The notes under the pieces were generated by a model. The model was not told the DNA's origin. It searched no databases and worked only from the letters and a program-made list of their open reading frames with translations. A stretch of 64,000 nucleotides of DNA, from contig NW_024704742.1 in assembly GCF_018977255.1 (NCBI RefSeq), positions 60,142,001-60,206,000 of the forward strand, in the 5' to 3' direction. Within the stretch, counting starts at the first letter, position 1. Each line of letters opens with the position of its first letter. The translations under genes and the position numbers were made by a program. This stretch comes from Callorhinchus milii. Its lineage: Eukaryota. This document shows, piece by piece, positions 12,881-25,118 of the stretch.

Positions 12881-13613
12881 TATTGTATGAAAGTTAACAT
12901 GAAATTAAACCATACGGAGGCATCAATGTGTAATAAGCAGTATAATTTCAGGCTACTGACTCATGCCATTTTACTACAGGAACCAGTTCGAGAAAGTAAT
13001 ATAATTGTGTCATTAAATCGTACTGCCCATCCAGTCGCATTTGTCAAGTTATGTGGATCCCAGGGGATGTAAATGTTTTAGCACTTCCCAGGTGAATGCT
13101 TGGCTTAGCAAACCTCTATGTTTCAGTTTAACACCCATCTTCTTTACCTTCTTTCCCTGTTGTTCTGAATCCTGAGCTTTCACTGCTCATGTGGAATGCA
13201 GCTTTGTACTCATTTAGTTGTTTCTATCTAAACTCAGGTTTTCATCACATGGAAACACGAGATGAGCAGCGTACATTAACATATTTATTATATCTGGTTG
13301 TGATAATTATTGGTATTCAATTCCCAGTCAATAGTGCAACTAGTAACTATTCTCCAGGAGAATGGTGGTGTGGGGGTTGGGGCTTGTCTCATTGGGGTTG
13401 AGCAGGCACCCAATTTATGTGCTTAGCAATGGAATATCTGAATTCAGTCAACGCTCTGTGATGGTCTTAGTAGTCTGATTTCTGAGTCAGACAGTTTTCC
13501 ATTACTACAAAGCACTGCTGGTGACAGACCAGCCAGTCTGGCTCATTGGCAGGACGTGGGGTCCTCGACTTCTGTTAATCCTGCAAGCCAAAACTCTAAT
13601 AGGTAGAGTGCAA

Positions 13614-13690
13614 TTGTGAGCAATGCCTGGCAAGGTTCCTGCTCTTTGTCCTATGTCCAAGGAGCAGGAACTTTGCCAGACATTGCACAA
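13614..13690. repeat. Long near-perfect hairpin (about 33-bp stem, 9-nt loop)
   Basis: TTGTGAGCAATGCCTGGCAAGGTTCCTGCTCTTTG pairs with CAAGGAGCAGGAACTTTGCCAGACATTGCACAA. Confidence 0.9.
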
Positions 13691-15482
13691 AATAGCAAGC
13701 TCTGCAGTTTAAGCTGGTTAAACTCCAGTAATATCTCAACAAAAACTCTCCAGAAATAGATAAGCAGGGTGCAACCGTGCAGGAAAAAAGTACTATTCCA
13801 AGCACATAAATTTCCATACATAAGCGGAATGTATATGTTGAATTCTCTGTCTGTTTTAGATACTGTAAAGTATGTTGATGAGTTTCCACAACTATCAGGC
13901 ACGTGGCTGACCAAAAAAACAATGCATTTCTTTGCTAATTTTATATTTACCAATTCAGTGTGTGAATTATGTTATAATTTTTCAATGGATTATAAAGAGG
14001 TAGCTTTCAGGCATTGAGTCTGAAGGAGGAAAGATCACTTCAGTAAGCAGCGTTTGCAGATCAATATGGCAGATAGCATGAGGAACAAAAACAATTGCAA
14101 CTGATGTCCAATAATGGCCAAAAACCCAACAAGTCTTCAGAGCCTAGGGTAGAGAGTGATCAGCCATGGATATCCTTTCTGAGAAACAATTAAGAGGGAC
14201 AAATGAAAGCTTACTAACACATGAGAACAAACTTAAATTTTGCCCAAAATTAAAGGTATGAATATGGATTTGAAATTCATTATTGCAGTGCCATGCTATT
14301 GAGGCTGGATCAATAGAATTGTTCAATAAACAACTGGATAAGCACCTGACATATGCTAATGTAAATCGCTACACATATATATTCTTACACTTCCATTGTA
14401 AAGAGTTGTTATTAGTATTGTTTCATCCACAAAATATACAGTTAATGTACTTTACAGTATATTCTATGAAGCGCTTTGAGACGTCTTGGTGGCATGATAA
14501 AGGTACTATATGAAATGCAAGGATTATTATTTATTATTCCACAACTGTCATATTCCAATAGTTGAATATTCTTTTTCCTTTATATTTAATAATAACAGCT
14601 ATCAGAGGCCACCTACATCTAAACCCAGGACTCATAACAAAATGAATTGATGATGACAATCCTACATTTTTTTTTGATCACGTATCTTGATACTGTTGCT
14701 GTACTTTCCTAAGTTGTCTGCTTCTCCATTCCATCTATCAGTGTTGCCCTCTGGGCAGCTCAACAGTAATTGCCAACCACAGAAATAAGTAGCAGAATTG
14801 ACCTTGAGGGCTTCAGAGAAACAGCAATTCCATCTGCCTGCATTTTAGCAAACATCGACCTGCTTCACATCACCCATCCTTTCTGTCCCACCATCCCTGG
14901 GAGAGCTTTCAGCCATTCTGCCCTTGAATGATATCGAGATGTCCCATCATTTTAGGGTTTAGTGGAAACTACTGAGCATCTGAGGAGGCAATAAAAAAGA
15001 GATTCTTTATAAAAACAGTTAACAGTGATACAAGCACAATGAGCCAAATGGACACCTTTTGTGCAGGAAATGTCTGTGTTTCTACTGCAGCTTCTTTCAC
15101 CTTTCTGCTATACTTATTCAGTTCCATGTACAGAAGTAATCTCCTACATCAATACATTTTAATTGAAGTTCCCTGTAAGTTTAATGTCTAGTCTGCATAG
15201 ACAGCACCATCGGCAAAACAGAATACAATTGAAAAAAATTATAGAATGGAAAAGGTAGAATGTGATAAATATCACCAGTGATAATTATCACATACTTAAT
15301 ACATATAATCAAGACCAGTGGATTACACTTGGTTTTCATTTAGATGTTTCTCAACAAGATGTTTACTATGCCCTCTGCAATTCTTTACCATTATGTTTTA
15401 TTATGCCAGTCAAGAACCAGAAGATTTATTTTAACACAGCATTGATACATATCAGAGATGCTACTGTTTATTGCCTGAACGC

Positions 15483-15645
15483 ACAACAACAACAACGACA
15501 AGATTACATATGTATAGCGCCTTTCACGTCGGGAGGACGTCCCAAGGTGCTGGACAGCATTTCAGACCTGAGTTGGGGTTGGGGGGGGGGGAAGGGAGGG
15601 GAGGGGAAGGGGGTGGCCGATGGCATGGTCGAAAAGTGCCTAAAC
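15483..15645 (-). mobile_element. L2 3' tail
   Basis: (CAA)n...AGCGCCTTTCACGTCGGGAGGACGTCCCAAGGTGCT. Confidence 0.9.
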
Positions 15646-16910
15646 ACACAGCCTAGCAAAAGCTACAATGATCAGCATTGTTTGAGTCTAAACTATAGGT
15701 TCAGCTAGTCCCCAAAGTGTCAAATTAATAGATTAAGATAAATCTAGATAAATGACCTGTAGTGCCTTACCACGCCAGATTTCCGATGAAAATTCCCAAT
15801 CTGTTTGTCGTTTTGGATCTCAATCGTGATACTTGTAAAACAGCAAATCAACATCTTGTGAATTCTTATTTTATATACTATTTATTTTAAAAGTATACTA
15901 TTAATTTTAAAGTAGACTAATGTGTACAGTAACAATTTAAACTGAAAATAGACCAACTAAGATTGCACTGAATATATGGTGTTTTGAACATTTTTTTTTA
16001 TGCCTGTGGCAAATCAAGGCAGACAGATGGGGATGAAGTTAATCTCTGTCGCAATCTTTTTAAAATAGGTTCTGGCATTCATGATCAAATTCCCAGTGAA
16101 CATAAGTCTTCTGCACAAAACAACCTTAAATTTAGCGTCTGCTTTTTGACAGTCAATTTTATCTAAAGGGGTCATGTTGACTTAAGGGTTTGGGATGCAA
16201 TTCGTACAGTTAAGCAAATGTTTCTTTCTCATCATGAATCACACCGAATTTGAAGGACATCCATGTTCAGTGGTTTAAATATGTAAGAAATAAAATGAAA
16301 CACAAAAAAAGTGAAAACTAATTATATTTCCCTGTGAAGAAGATGATCCAGAAATTGTAAAAAAAAATAAAAATGTTTATTTTAAAATGACTAATCTTTA
16401 GTTTAGAAATTAAAGTACTATTATTATTATTAACAATAAAACATTATTATTAATGATAATACTCCTTAGGTTTCATATAGCTCTTTTCACATTGGGAGGA
16501 CATCTCAAAACGCTTACAAGTTATACTGTAAAGTGCAGTGACTTTGTTTTTTTAAGCACCATTGCAATTATACTAAATGCACTGAGCAACACAAACTTTA
16601 TTTGAATGGAGAAATTAAATACAACCTATGGCCATCATGTGACACTAACTAAATAAATGGACCATTTAATTTTTTTGAAAACCTGCAATTGAATCCACCT
16701 GTCATAGAAAGTTTGTGTTGTTTCGCAAACAGTAAATGCTGCATGTGATTTAATTCATTAAAATTAAACCAACCATATTACCAATAATTCCAGAAATGTC
16801 CTCTTATGCTGAAGCACTTTGAGACATTATTGTACATTAAAGGCCCTTTATAAATGCAAGTTTTTGTTTATTGTTGTTGAATTATTCTATTTATAAAATA
16901 TTTTTGAGCA

Positions 16911-17032
16911 TCCAGAGATTGACAAATTTTTTATTCTTAACTTTGACATAATTTTTATGGAGTTCTTAAAATACCTTATAAAAAAAANGGCTTCAAAGTA
17001 AGACTGTAATTAAGAATTTGTCAAATTCTGGA
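16911..17032. repeat. Palindromic MITE-like repeat
   Basis: About 36-bp imperfect inverted arms TCCAGA..TTGACAAATT..TCTTA.CTTTGA; homologous copy at 40508-40646. Confidence 0.7.
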
Positions 17033-17242
17033 CATTCTGAATTTCTACACAAATAGAGTAAATATAAACCCGATGGAAGTTCTCCTCTGCTTTACTAAAA
17101 TGGCATCATAGGTACTGTGCGGGAAGCAGTAATATGCTCCTTAAATCTAAATAAAGTTTGGTAGTTGGCTCTTGTAATGTCTGCCACAGAAATGGGAAAT
17201 ATTGTGCCAAGGCTTTGAATGAAGAATTGTGTGTAATGCTGT

Positions 17243-17562
17243 ATAATAATAATAATAATAATCCTTGCATTTGATATAGCGCTTTTCACGTCGGGAGGAC
17301 GTCCCAAAGCGCTTCACAGAACACACTGTAAAATGAATTGACTTTATATTTGTGGGCAAAGGCGGCAGCCAATTGCACACAGCAATGTCCCACAAACAGT
17401 CGTAGATTGAAATGACCAATTTATTATTGTTTTTGTTTTGGAGGGATTATTATTAGGCGTGTGGAGTAAGGAAACTTGCCAAGGTTTTGCCCTGCCTGGA
17501 ATTGAACCCAGGCCTCTCACTTGCAAAGCGAGTGCTCTAACCACTGAGCTACAGGACTCCAC
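17243..17562 (-). mobile_element. Young tRNA-derived SINE, full length
   Basis: Head GTGGAGTCCTGTAGCTCAGTGGTTAGAGCACTCGCTTTGCAAG...GGTTCAATTCC (A and B boxes), partial Deu-family 3' body, L2-like stem-loop, (ATT)n; near-identical to 18669-18999 and 45639-45961. Confidence 0.95.
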
Positions 17563-17739
17563 AAATAGCGTGATTCACACATTACAACAGAAGTATGCAC
17601 AAAAAATCTCTTTGGTACACATAATCATATCCTTTCAGAACACCTAACCTTCCATCTTCTCATTAAAGCATGAAATTGTTTTTTACTTGTGGCCTCAGTC
17701 CATGTTTCGCCTATAATATTTAGTGTCAATCTACTTTAC

Positions 17740-17957
17740 AATATATTCTGTGAAGTGCTTTTAGACACCTCTGCACACTGCTGTTCGCAATTGGCTGTCA
17801 CGTTTTGCCCACAAATATACAGTGAATTCACTTTACAGTATATTCTGTGAAGCAATTTGAGACATCTAGAAGAAAAACGCTATATCAAATGCAAAGATTA
17901 TTATTATCGCCACAACTTGATAAGGCACTACACCAAATGCAAAGATTATTATTATGA
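17740..17957 (+). mobile_element. Stacked SINE 3' tail fragments
   Basis: TATATTCTGTGAAG occurs twice and CAAATGCAAAGATTATTATTAT occurs twice. Confidence 0.75.
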
Positions 17958-18039
17958 TTTGCCCTAGTAACCTGACGCAGCTATTAGAGTAGTGTGTGTG
18001 TAAAGAAATACTTCCCGGTGGCTGTCCTTTAAATTCCAG

Positions 18040-18370
18040 TATAATATAATACAACTTTACATTGATATAGCCTCTTTTACATTGAGAGGACATCCCAAGG
18101 CGCTGGACAGTCCAGGCTTTACACTTGAGCTGGGAGTGCGGGTTGAGTGGGGTGAGGGAGGAGAGGGAGAAAGATGGTCGAAAGCATGGTCAAACAGTAA
18201 GGTATCGAGGTGGACTTTGAAGGAGGTGAGTGAAGGAGTGAATCGAAGGGACTCTGGTATGGAAGCCTGAACACATGGGGTGGATGGGGCGAGGACATGA
18301 AACAGGCTACTGAGCAGAGGGGGCGGCCAGGATGGTAAGGTTTAAGTAGGTTACAGAGGTCACAAGATGA
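18040..18370 (-). mobile_element. L2 3' fragment
   Basis: Tail stem-loop at 18068-18105 and TTGAAGGAGG (SFK) motif on the reverse strand. Confidence 0.8.
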
Positions 18371-18668
18371 GACAAATTAACTTTGTTTCTCCAATTGTTC
18401 CTTTAACTCGTCAATGTGACACTGAGTATCAGCCTTAATGCCTTCCTCTGGACTGCATCCAGAAAATGGATGGTGACCTTGAGCTGTGGTGAACAGAATT
18501 GGTTGAAATTGGACTTTTTATTGGTGTTGGTGAGAATGAAGCCTTTCAAAAATCAAAGTGAGCAAGCTAAGGTTTTATTTAGAAATCGACCCGATTGAAA
18601 ACCATCCCATTCCATTTGAATGCTCTCATTTTCAAATACCATCTCTTTCTATCTTACCCAGGTCGCAA

Positions 18669-18999
18669 TAATAATAATAATAATAATAATAATCCTTGCA
18701 TTTGATATAGCGCTTTTCACGTCGGGAGGATGTCCCAAAGTGCTTCACAGAACACACTGTAAAGTCTACTGACTGTCTGTTTTATGGGCAAAACGCGGCA
18801 GCCAATTGCACACAGCAATGTCCCACAAACAGTCGTAGATTGAAAATGACCAATTTATTATTATTTTTTGGTTTTGGAGGGATTATTATTAGGCGTGTGG
18901 AGTTAGGAAACTTGCCCAAAGTTTCACCCTGCCTGGAATTGAACTCAGGTCTCTCGCTTGCAAAGCGAGTGCTCTAACCACTGAACTACAGGACTCCAC
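18669..18999 (-). mobile_element. Young tRNA-derived SINE, full length, with TSD
   Basis: Same family as 17243-17562; flanked by direct repeat CGCAA (18664-18668 and 19000-19004). Confidence 0.95.
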
Positions 19000-19552
19000 C
19001 GCAAGTAGAGTTTAAATCCTCAAAAGAAAATGTAGACTAGTGCTAATACTGTACTGCCTAAAATGCAATTTCCTGACATTTGGAGACTGGGTGGTTAAAA
19101 CTATTAACATTTTAAAAAATTCCCCTGATATGCTGTATATGTGTCCTGACCTCAATGTTCAGGATGAGATTCTGTCTTCATTTCAACATAAAATAAATGT
19201 TTTGCTCAAAAGTAACTAGCCCCCTGCAAAGTGTGGTAAAGGTTATAAATGAGCTTAAATGCAGGTTTGTTGACAGCTTCAGGGCAGCTTCTTTCAATAA
19301 TCCTAATTAACGTGCCTTAGGTATTTATTTCAATCCTGTACGTTTGTATAATTATGCCAAAGGGACTTAAGGAAGAAAATACCACAAAGTTTCATTAACC
19401 TCAGTTGACTCAAATCCACAATCCAACCACAAGAAGCTATAATACCACAATCATCAACATCTGCTCTCAATTTATTTATTTACATAACTGCATTTTCTAA
19501 AGTTTGCATCATGATATGCCATTTGCAGAACCATTGCTTGTGGGAAAGGAGG

Positions 19553-19920
19553 AGTTAGGCTGGCTCATTAGTAGCACTCTCGCCTATGATTTAGAAGGTT
19601 GTGAGTTCTAAGCCCAAGTCTGGACTTTGAGCTCCTAGCCTTGGCTCATACACCAGAGCAGCGCTAGGGGAGCTAGGGATGAGATGTTAAACTGAGGTTT
19701 TGTTTGCCGGTTTAGATGGAGTTAAAGATTCCATGGGACTTTTCGAAAAGAAAAGGGAGTTTTTCCCATTGTTCTGACAAACAACCCCCACATAAATTTG
19801 AGCATTCACTTCATGTCTGTTTTGTAGGAATTTGCTCTGCCCAAATTGGCTGCCGTGTTTGCCTGCATTCCAAGTAAAGAACTTTGAGATTGTGATTTGC
19901 CGGCATTATTATTTATTATT
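19553..19920 (+). mobile_element. Deu-domain SINE
   Basis: GGCTCATTAGTAGCACTCTCGCCT head, GATGAGATGTTAAACTGAGG core, (ATT)n tail into which the Tigger element inserted. Confidence 0.8.
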
Positions 19921-19921
19921 A

Positions 19922-21125
19922 CAGTGTTATTCACTTATTTCAAATCTGTTTTTATCGATATCTTGTGTACGTCGACAAAAATTGTAAGTCCCGAGCCCTC
20001 CCGTTATAGGAACACATTAAACGTACTATGTATGTCGATCTTGACATAAATTTCTGCATGCTTATATCGACAATTTTTTCAAGTGCCGAACAGCGTTAAG
20101 TACATGGTCCTTTTATGTCGACAGCCCTGAACTTCATATGTGACATCTGAGTCAGTGAGCAAATGAGTGAGTGATTGATTCGGTGAATGTGCTCATGCAT
20201 GCATGAGTGATTGAACGTCAGTGTGTGGGACATGTGGGTGTGTTAGACCTATAAAGTATTGCAAGGATCGCTCATACTGCTTTACCATGATGGATACCAT
20301 GATGTGAATAGCATGGAAACTTGATTTGAAAAAATTGGAAGATAAATATTGCGCAGTCAGAGTTGAGAGTGGAAAGTCTAGAAAAGAAATCTGCGAAACA
20401 TTCTCTTTGAAGCACAACACACTGCATGGTTGGTTGAATTCTTCTGCATGCATAAAGGTCGAGTATGAAGCAGGTACATACTAGTTGCAGATAAAGAAAA
20501 AAAACTTCAAAATATGAAGATGTTAAGCATGTATCAGCCATGTGATTTAATGAAAAACTCGCCAAAAATCCCACCATCACAATTGATCGTGGCATGTTCA
20601 TCGAGAAGGGCAAGGCTTTTGCCAATCAGCTCGGAGTGGAAAATATCACTACAAGCAACAGGTGGTATAGTTGCTTTGAGGCTTGGCATGGTCTTGTGTA
20701 CAAAAAAAACATGGTGAGGGTAAGTCTGCCGACATGTCTTACTTCGAGGAGTGAAAGACCTGTCCCCAGGAGTCCAATTTACAGAATTTACAATGCGGAC
20801 GCGACCACCTTGTTTTTCAAGTGCACCCCAACCAAAATTACTGCATTAAGGGACAACCCTGTACTTGGGGTAAACAACCTAAGGCGCTATACCAAATACA
20901 AAGATTATTATCATTATTAATAATTACAGCATTTTATACGAAATGCATGTAAATGCTTCTAATGTATCCTCCAAACCTACTTTCTGTTTTATTCTAGTCA
21001 ATAAATGCTTAACCACAATTAATTCATATGCGTAGTTTGTTCGTTCATTTATCTCGAAACCCTTTTATGTCAACAAAATCTGCTCGGTCCCCTCAATGTC
21101 ACCAGAAATGGGTAGGATTGCATTG
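19922..21125 (+). mobile_element. Degenerate, internally deleted Tigger/pogo (Tc1-mariner superfamily) DNA transposon
   Basis: TA|CAGTG start and CATTG end, with subterminal TATGTCGA/TATCTCGA-like repeats and GGTCCC. Decayed transposase: psq-like HTH (VESGKSRKEICETFSLKHNTLHGWL), CENP-B HTH (EKGKAFANQLGVENITTSNRWYSCF..HG) and DDE start (IYNADATTLFFKCTP). Confidence 0.88.
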
Positions 21126-21348
21126 TTATTATTATATCAATTGTGCAAGAAAGGGTGTAAACAAAAAAAAGATATCTCACTATTTTATGTTTTAATAACC
21201 AAAATGCATTTATTAAACAAGATCTACCTATTAGAAAAAGTTGGGAGTAAGGGAAACCCTTAGGCCTTAGGGCATAAGGCAACGTAACATAAACTGATTC
21301 AGATACAATATTAAAAACTTATATTCGTTAACTGAGAATTCATGTCTA

Positions 21349-21660
21349 GGTGTGCTGTAGCTCAATGTTTAGAGTACTCACCTCGCAAGCAAGTGACCTG
21401 GGTTCAATTCCCAGCGAAATCTTGGGCAAGTTTCCTTATTCCACACGCCTGATAATAATCCCTCAAGAAAAAAAACAATAATAAAATTGGTCACTTCAAT
21501 CCACGACTATTTATGGGACACTGCTGTATGCAATTGGCTGCCAAGTTTCGCCCACAAATATAGAGTCAATTCGCTTTACAGTATATTTAGTGAAGCACTT
21601 TGAGATGTCTAGAAGATGCAAAAAGTGCTATATTAAATGCAAGGATTATTATCATTATTA
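21349..21660 (+). mobile_element. tRNA-derived SINE, older subfamily, full length
   Basis: CTGTAGCTCAATGTTTAGAG...GGGTTCAATTCCC...GGGCAAGTTTCCTTATTCCACACGCC...GAGATGTCTAGAAGATG tail. Confidence 0.92.
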
Positions 21661-22249
21661 ATCCATCCCTGAAAAAATTACCTTGACCTCTTTTGTAGTA
21701 TCAATAATAATTTTTGCATTTGATCCAGTATCAATAATGTTGAAATATCTCAAAGCACATTACACGGGTCATTGCTGAGGTACAGTGACTGTGTATTCAA
21801 ATGTGACAGCCAATTTGCACACAGCAAGGTCCAATGAAGTGAATAATCAATTTAGCAAGCGGATTGCTGACCAGTATATTAGCTTGAGAAGCTTCATTTT
21901 ATTTTCTAATAGTGTAACATGGGCTTTAATAACCAACTGATACTGTAATAATTGAATGAATGTTGAGAAAGTTTACAAAGAAATTGTAAAATATATATAT
22001 TGAGCATTATATTACTTAATTGACTAATCTGTTCACAAGAATAGGTTTGTCTTCCTATGACAACAACAGCAAGATTACATTTGTATATCCTAGTGCTGGA
22101 ACATAGTGCTTCTGCTTAATGGTACATGCTCCAAGCAATGTTTCAGTTTGCTTTTGCTTTGATGCTCATTAACTTATTCATAATTGATTAGAGATGCCAC
22201 AATGATTTGTAAATAAAAAATGCAGTACATTTAGAGAACTGAATCAGAA

Positions 22250-22535
22250 ATAATAACAATAATCCTTCATTTATATTCCAAATTTCATGTCAGGAAAACA
22301 TAAATAGTGTGTCCCATGAAGTAAATGATCAATTGATAGGGGATTATTGGCCAGGACACCAGAAGAAATTCCCTTTCTTTTTCAAACAGTGCCATGGAAT
22401 CTTTAACATCCATCCAGACAAGCAGACATGATCTTGGTTAATGTCTTCAGAAATGCTGTGATTCCCCAGTAGGTCTTGAACCCACAGCCTTTTGACTCAG
22501 AGACGAGAGTGCTATCTCCAAATCAATTAACTGAC
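22250..22535 (-). mobile_element. Deu-domain SINE with deletions
   Basis: GGCCAGGACACC..GTGCCATGGAATCTTTAACATCCA core and CTTGAACCCACAGCCTTTTGACTCAGAG head. Confidence 0.75.
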
Positions 22536-25118
22536 AGCTTTTGACTGAATTTTTAATCAATGTGATGATTGTTACCAGTGACTATATGAATTGTGATATC
22601 ACATTACCACCTTCCCCCCCTCCCCCAAGTAGTAGCACTATTTCTAATGCTATACATTAACAAGTATTTTAGTCACGAGAAACATCAGTTATTGAGAAGA
22701 CTGGTTTAAACCACACTATATAACAGTATAACACCCGCTTCCCCTTTGCTGTGGCCGAGCAGGCAGGCCACCTGCCTTGGGAATTCTATCTACACTTCTT
22801 GTTGATGGAATATTGCTTGCATCTTCAATGACAGCTTCTTGCTCCAAATTTTCTCCAGTGATAGTTTCCAGCTAGAACCTCCTGACCTATACCTGCTGCT
22901 CCTCGCTGTCCAAGTTTGAAACTGCCTGTTTCCCCAAAGACCCAGCTTAACTAACAGCTGATAACACAGGCTTTCTGGATGAATTCCAGTTTCCCATGCA
23001 GCTCATCCATTCTAACCCAGATGGATTTTCCAAGGATCACCTATATGCCACAAACTATATATTCCTGGCAAATGTCTCAGGCTTCAAATTGTTATAATAC
23101 CGCAAACACAATAGTCCTGCTTATAGCCAACATTGGCCATCGGAATAAACTGGTGCAGTGATGAAACATACTTGGTCAGTATTGATTATTACCTGCACCA
23201 CTTTTTGCCAGGGAAAAATATTAGAATCTATAATAAAGAAAATTATTTGTTTTAAAAATGAAGACAATTTTTCTTTCTTGATTTTCAGAATAATAAAATT
23301 ACTCCAGATCTCAAAGTTCTTGTCATTGATCTTCATTTGTTCATTGCATCATATAGTGCAGCAAGTGTGAAGAAAAAATTGGATAACCCAGGAATTAAAT
23401 TAATTAGATAAATTTCCAAACTCCTGTGCCTATCTCCAATCAAAATGAATCTGTCTGGGTAGACCTTCAGAACATCTAAGAGTTGAGGGAATGAAACATC
23501 TTGTAAGCAATTCTGAAGATTTTGACAACAAAAGGAAGCCAAAAAACATCCTGTTAATATTCTTTGTGACTGATTTGGGGACTGACAAATCCACAGAACA
23601 ATGCTGCACATGAATGTTACTTTGGATATTTAATGATTGTGCTATTTGATTCATTTTCAAGCAAGACAAACTAATGTCTTTTCATCTGAAGAAAAGCAGA
23701 GTGAGAGCAGTATTCAGCAGAATGGTACAGTTAACAAATGACACTATGACCGAATGGCATTTTACATGTGCGATGAACACAGTATAATGATGTGAAAAAA
23801 CAACTATATTGCTGGAACAGTTAATGAATGCCGCTATTATGGCTCATCATTGTCAGATTGATAACAGCTTTCCACATTACAAACAACACATCCACATCAT
23901 AAAAATAGAACTTGGCATTTGATATAGCGCCTTGTTACACCGTCGAGACGTCTCAAAGTGCTTGACTGCGTATACCATAGAGTGATGTGACTGTATGTAT
24001 TTTGCAAACACAACAGCCAATTTACACATTCGAGGGATTTTAAGCAGGCATAAAATGAATGATCGTTTTATCTAGAGGATTGTTGAACAGGGCATTGAGG
24101 GGAAAATCTCTTTTTTCAAAAACTGTCATAGGGTTTAAAACAGTCATGGCACTTTACAGTAAACCCTATGAAGTACTCCAAGGCATCCTCTCCATGTGAA
24201 AGGCACTATATCAAATGAAGGATTATTTTTATTATTATATATTAGTTGACTAATCATTCTAGTTTATTACATATACATATAAATCAATTAACTGGATGGA
24301 CACTTTAGAGTTACTTACTTTGGGTATTTCATACTTTCAGGTTCCTAAGTACTTCTCAGATGTTGTTCCATTAACTACATGATTTGCTATAATGATTATT
24401 TATCCTTTTTATAGCCTACCTCTTTGACCATGTCTATGGTAACCACCCCTCTCCCATTCCTCCTAGTTTGGGCATCCAACCCCGCCACTGTGAAGCACTC
24501 TGAGACATTATCCTACGTGAAGGTCACTATATAAATGCCAGTTGTTGTCTCTTTATTTTGCCAATACATTTAATACTATAGATTCTTTCAACTACCTGAT
24601 CTGCTGCAAATACATTTCTAAAGTTGGATATCATTTAGTAGCATGAGCAATCACCAACAGCTTCAATCAATAAAAATGGACCACTGATGTGCAATAGCAC
24701 AAAGTGTAAATTATGCTTTCTAGTCAATTCTACGTAAAACCCCCGAACAGCCTTCACTGAATTCTGCACAACAAATTCCCTTTTCAGTGCTACACAGCTG
24801 GGTCTACAACATAATGCACTGCAATGCTACTTAACAGCTGTTAAATTGTGTTACTTAGTCATTCTAATAGACAAATGCCCATTAGCTAGTTTTTTTTAAT
24901 GTCAAGCTTAATGCTACCTTACTTTTAAGTAACACTAAGTGGATTACACGCCCAGAACGTAGATTAAGTAAAAAAATAAATTCTTGAGTAAAACTTGCTT
25001 AACATATACAATAAATGCAGCGTTTTCATGCCAGAGTTCTAGGTGAGGATCCTGTCCGGGAGAGAGATCACAGACTGCAGAAACAGAGCAGTGCGTTTTA
25101 TGGCTGGCATCTGTGTAG

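Noticed and set aside
12155..13072. 305-aa ORF
   Set aside because: Frameshifted L2 ORF2 end reading through the 3' UTR into flanking DNA.
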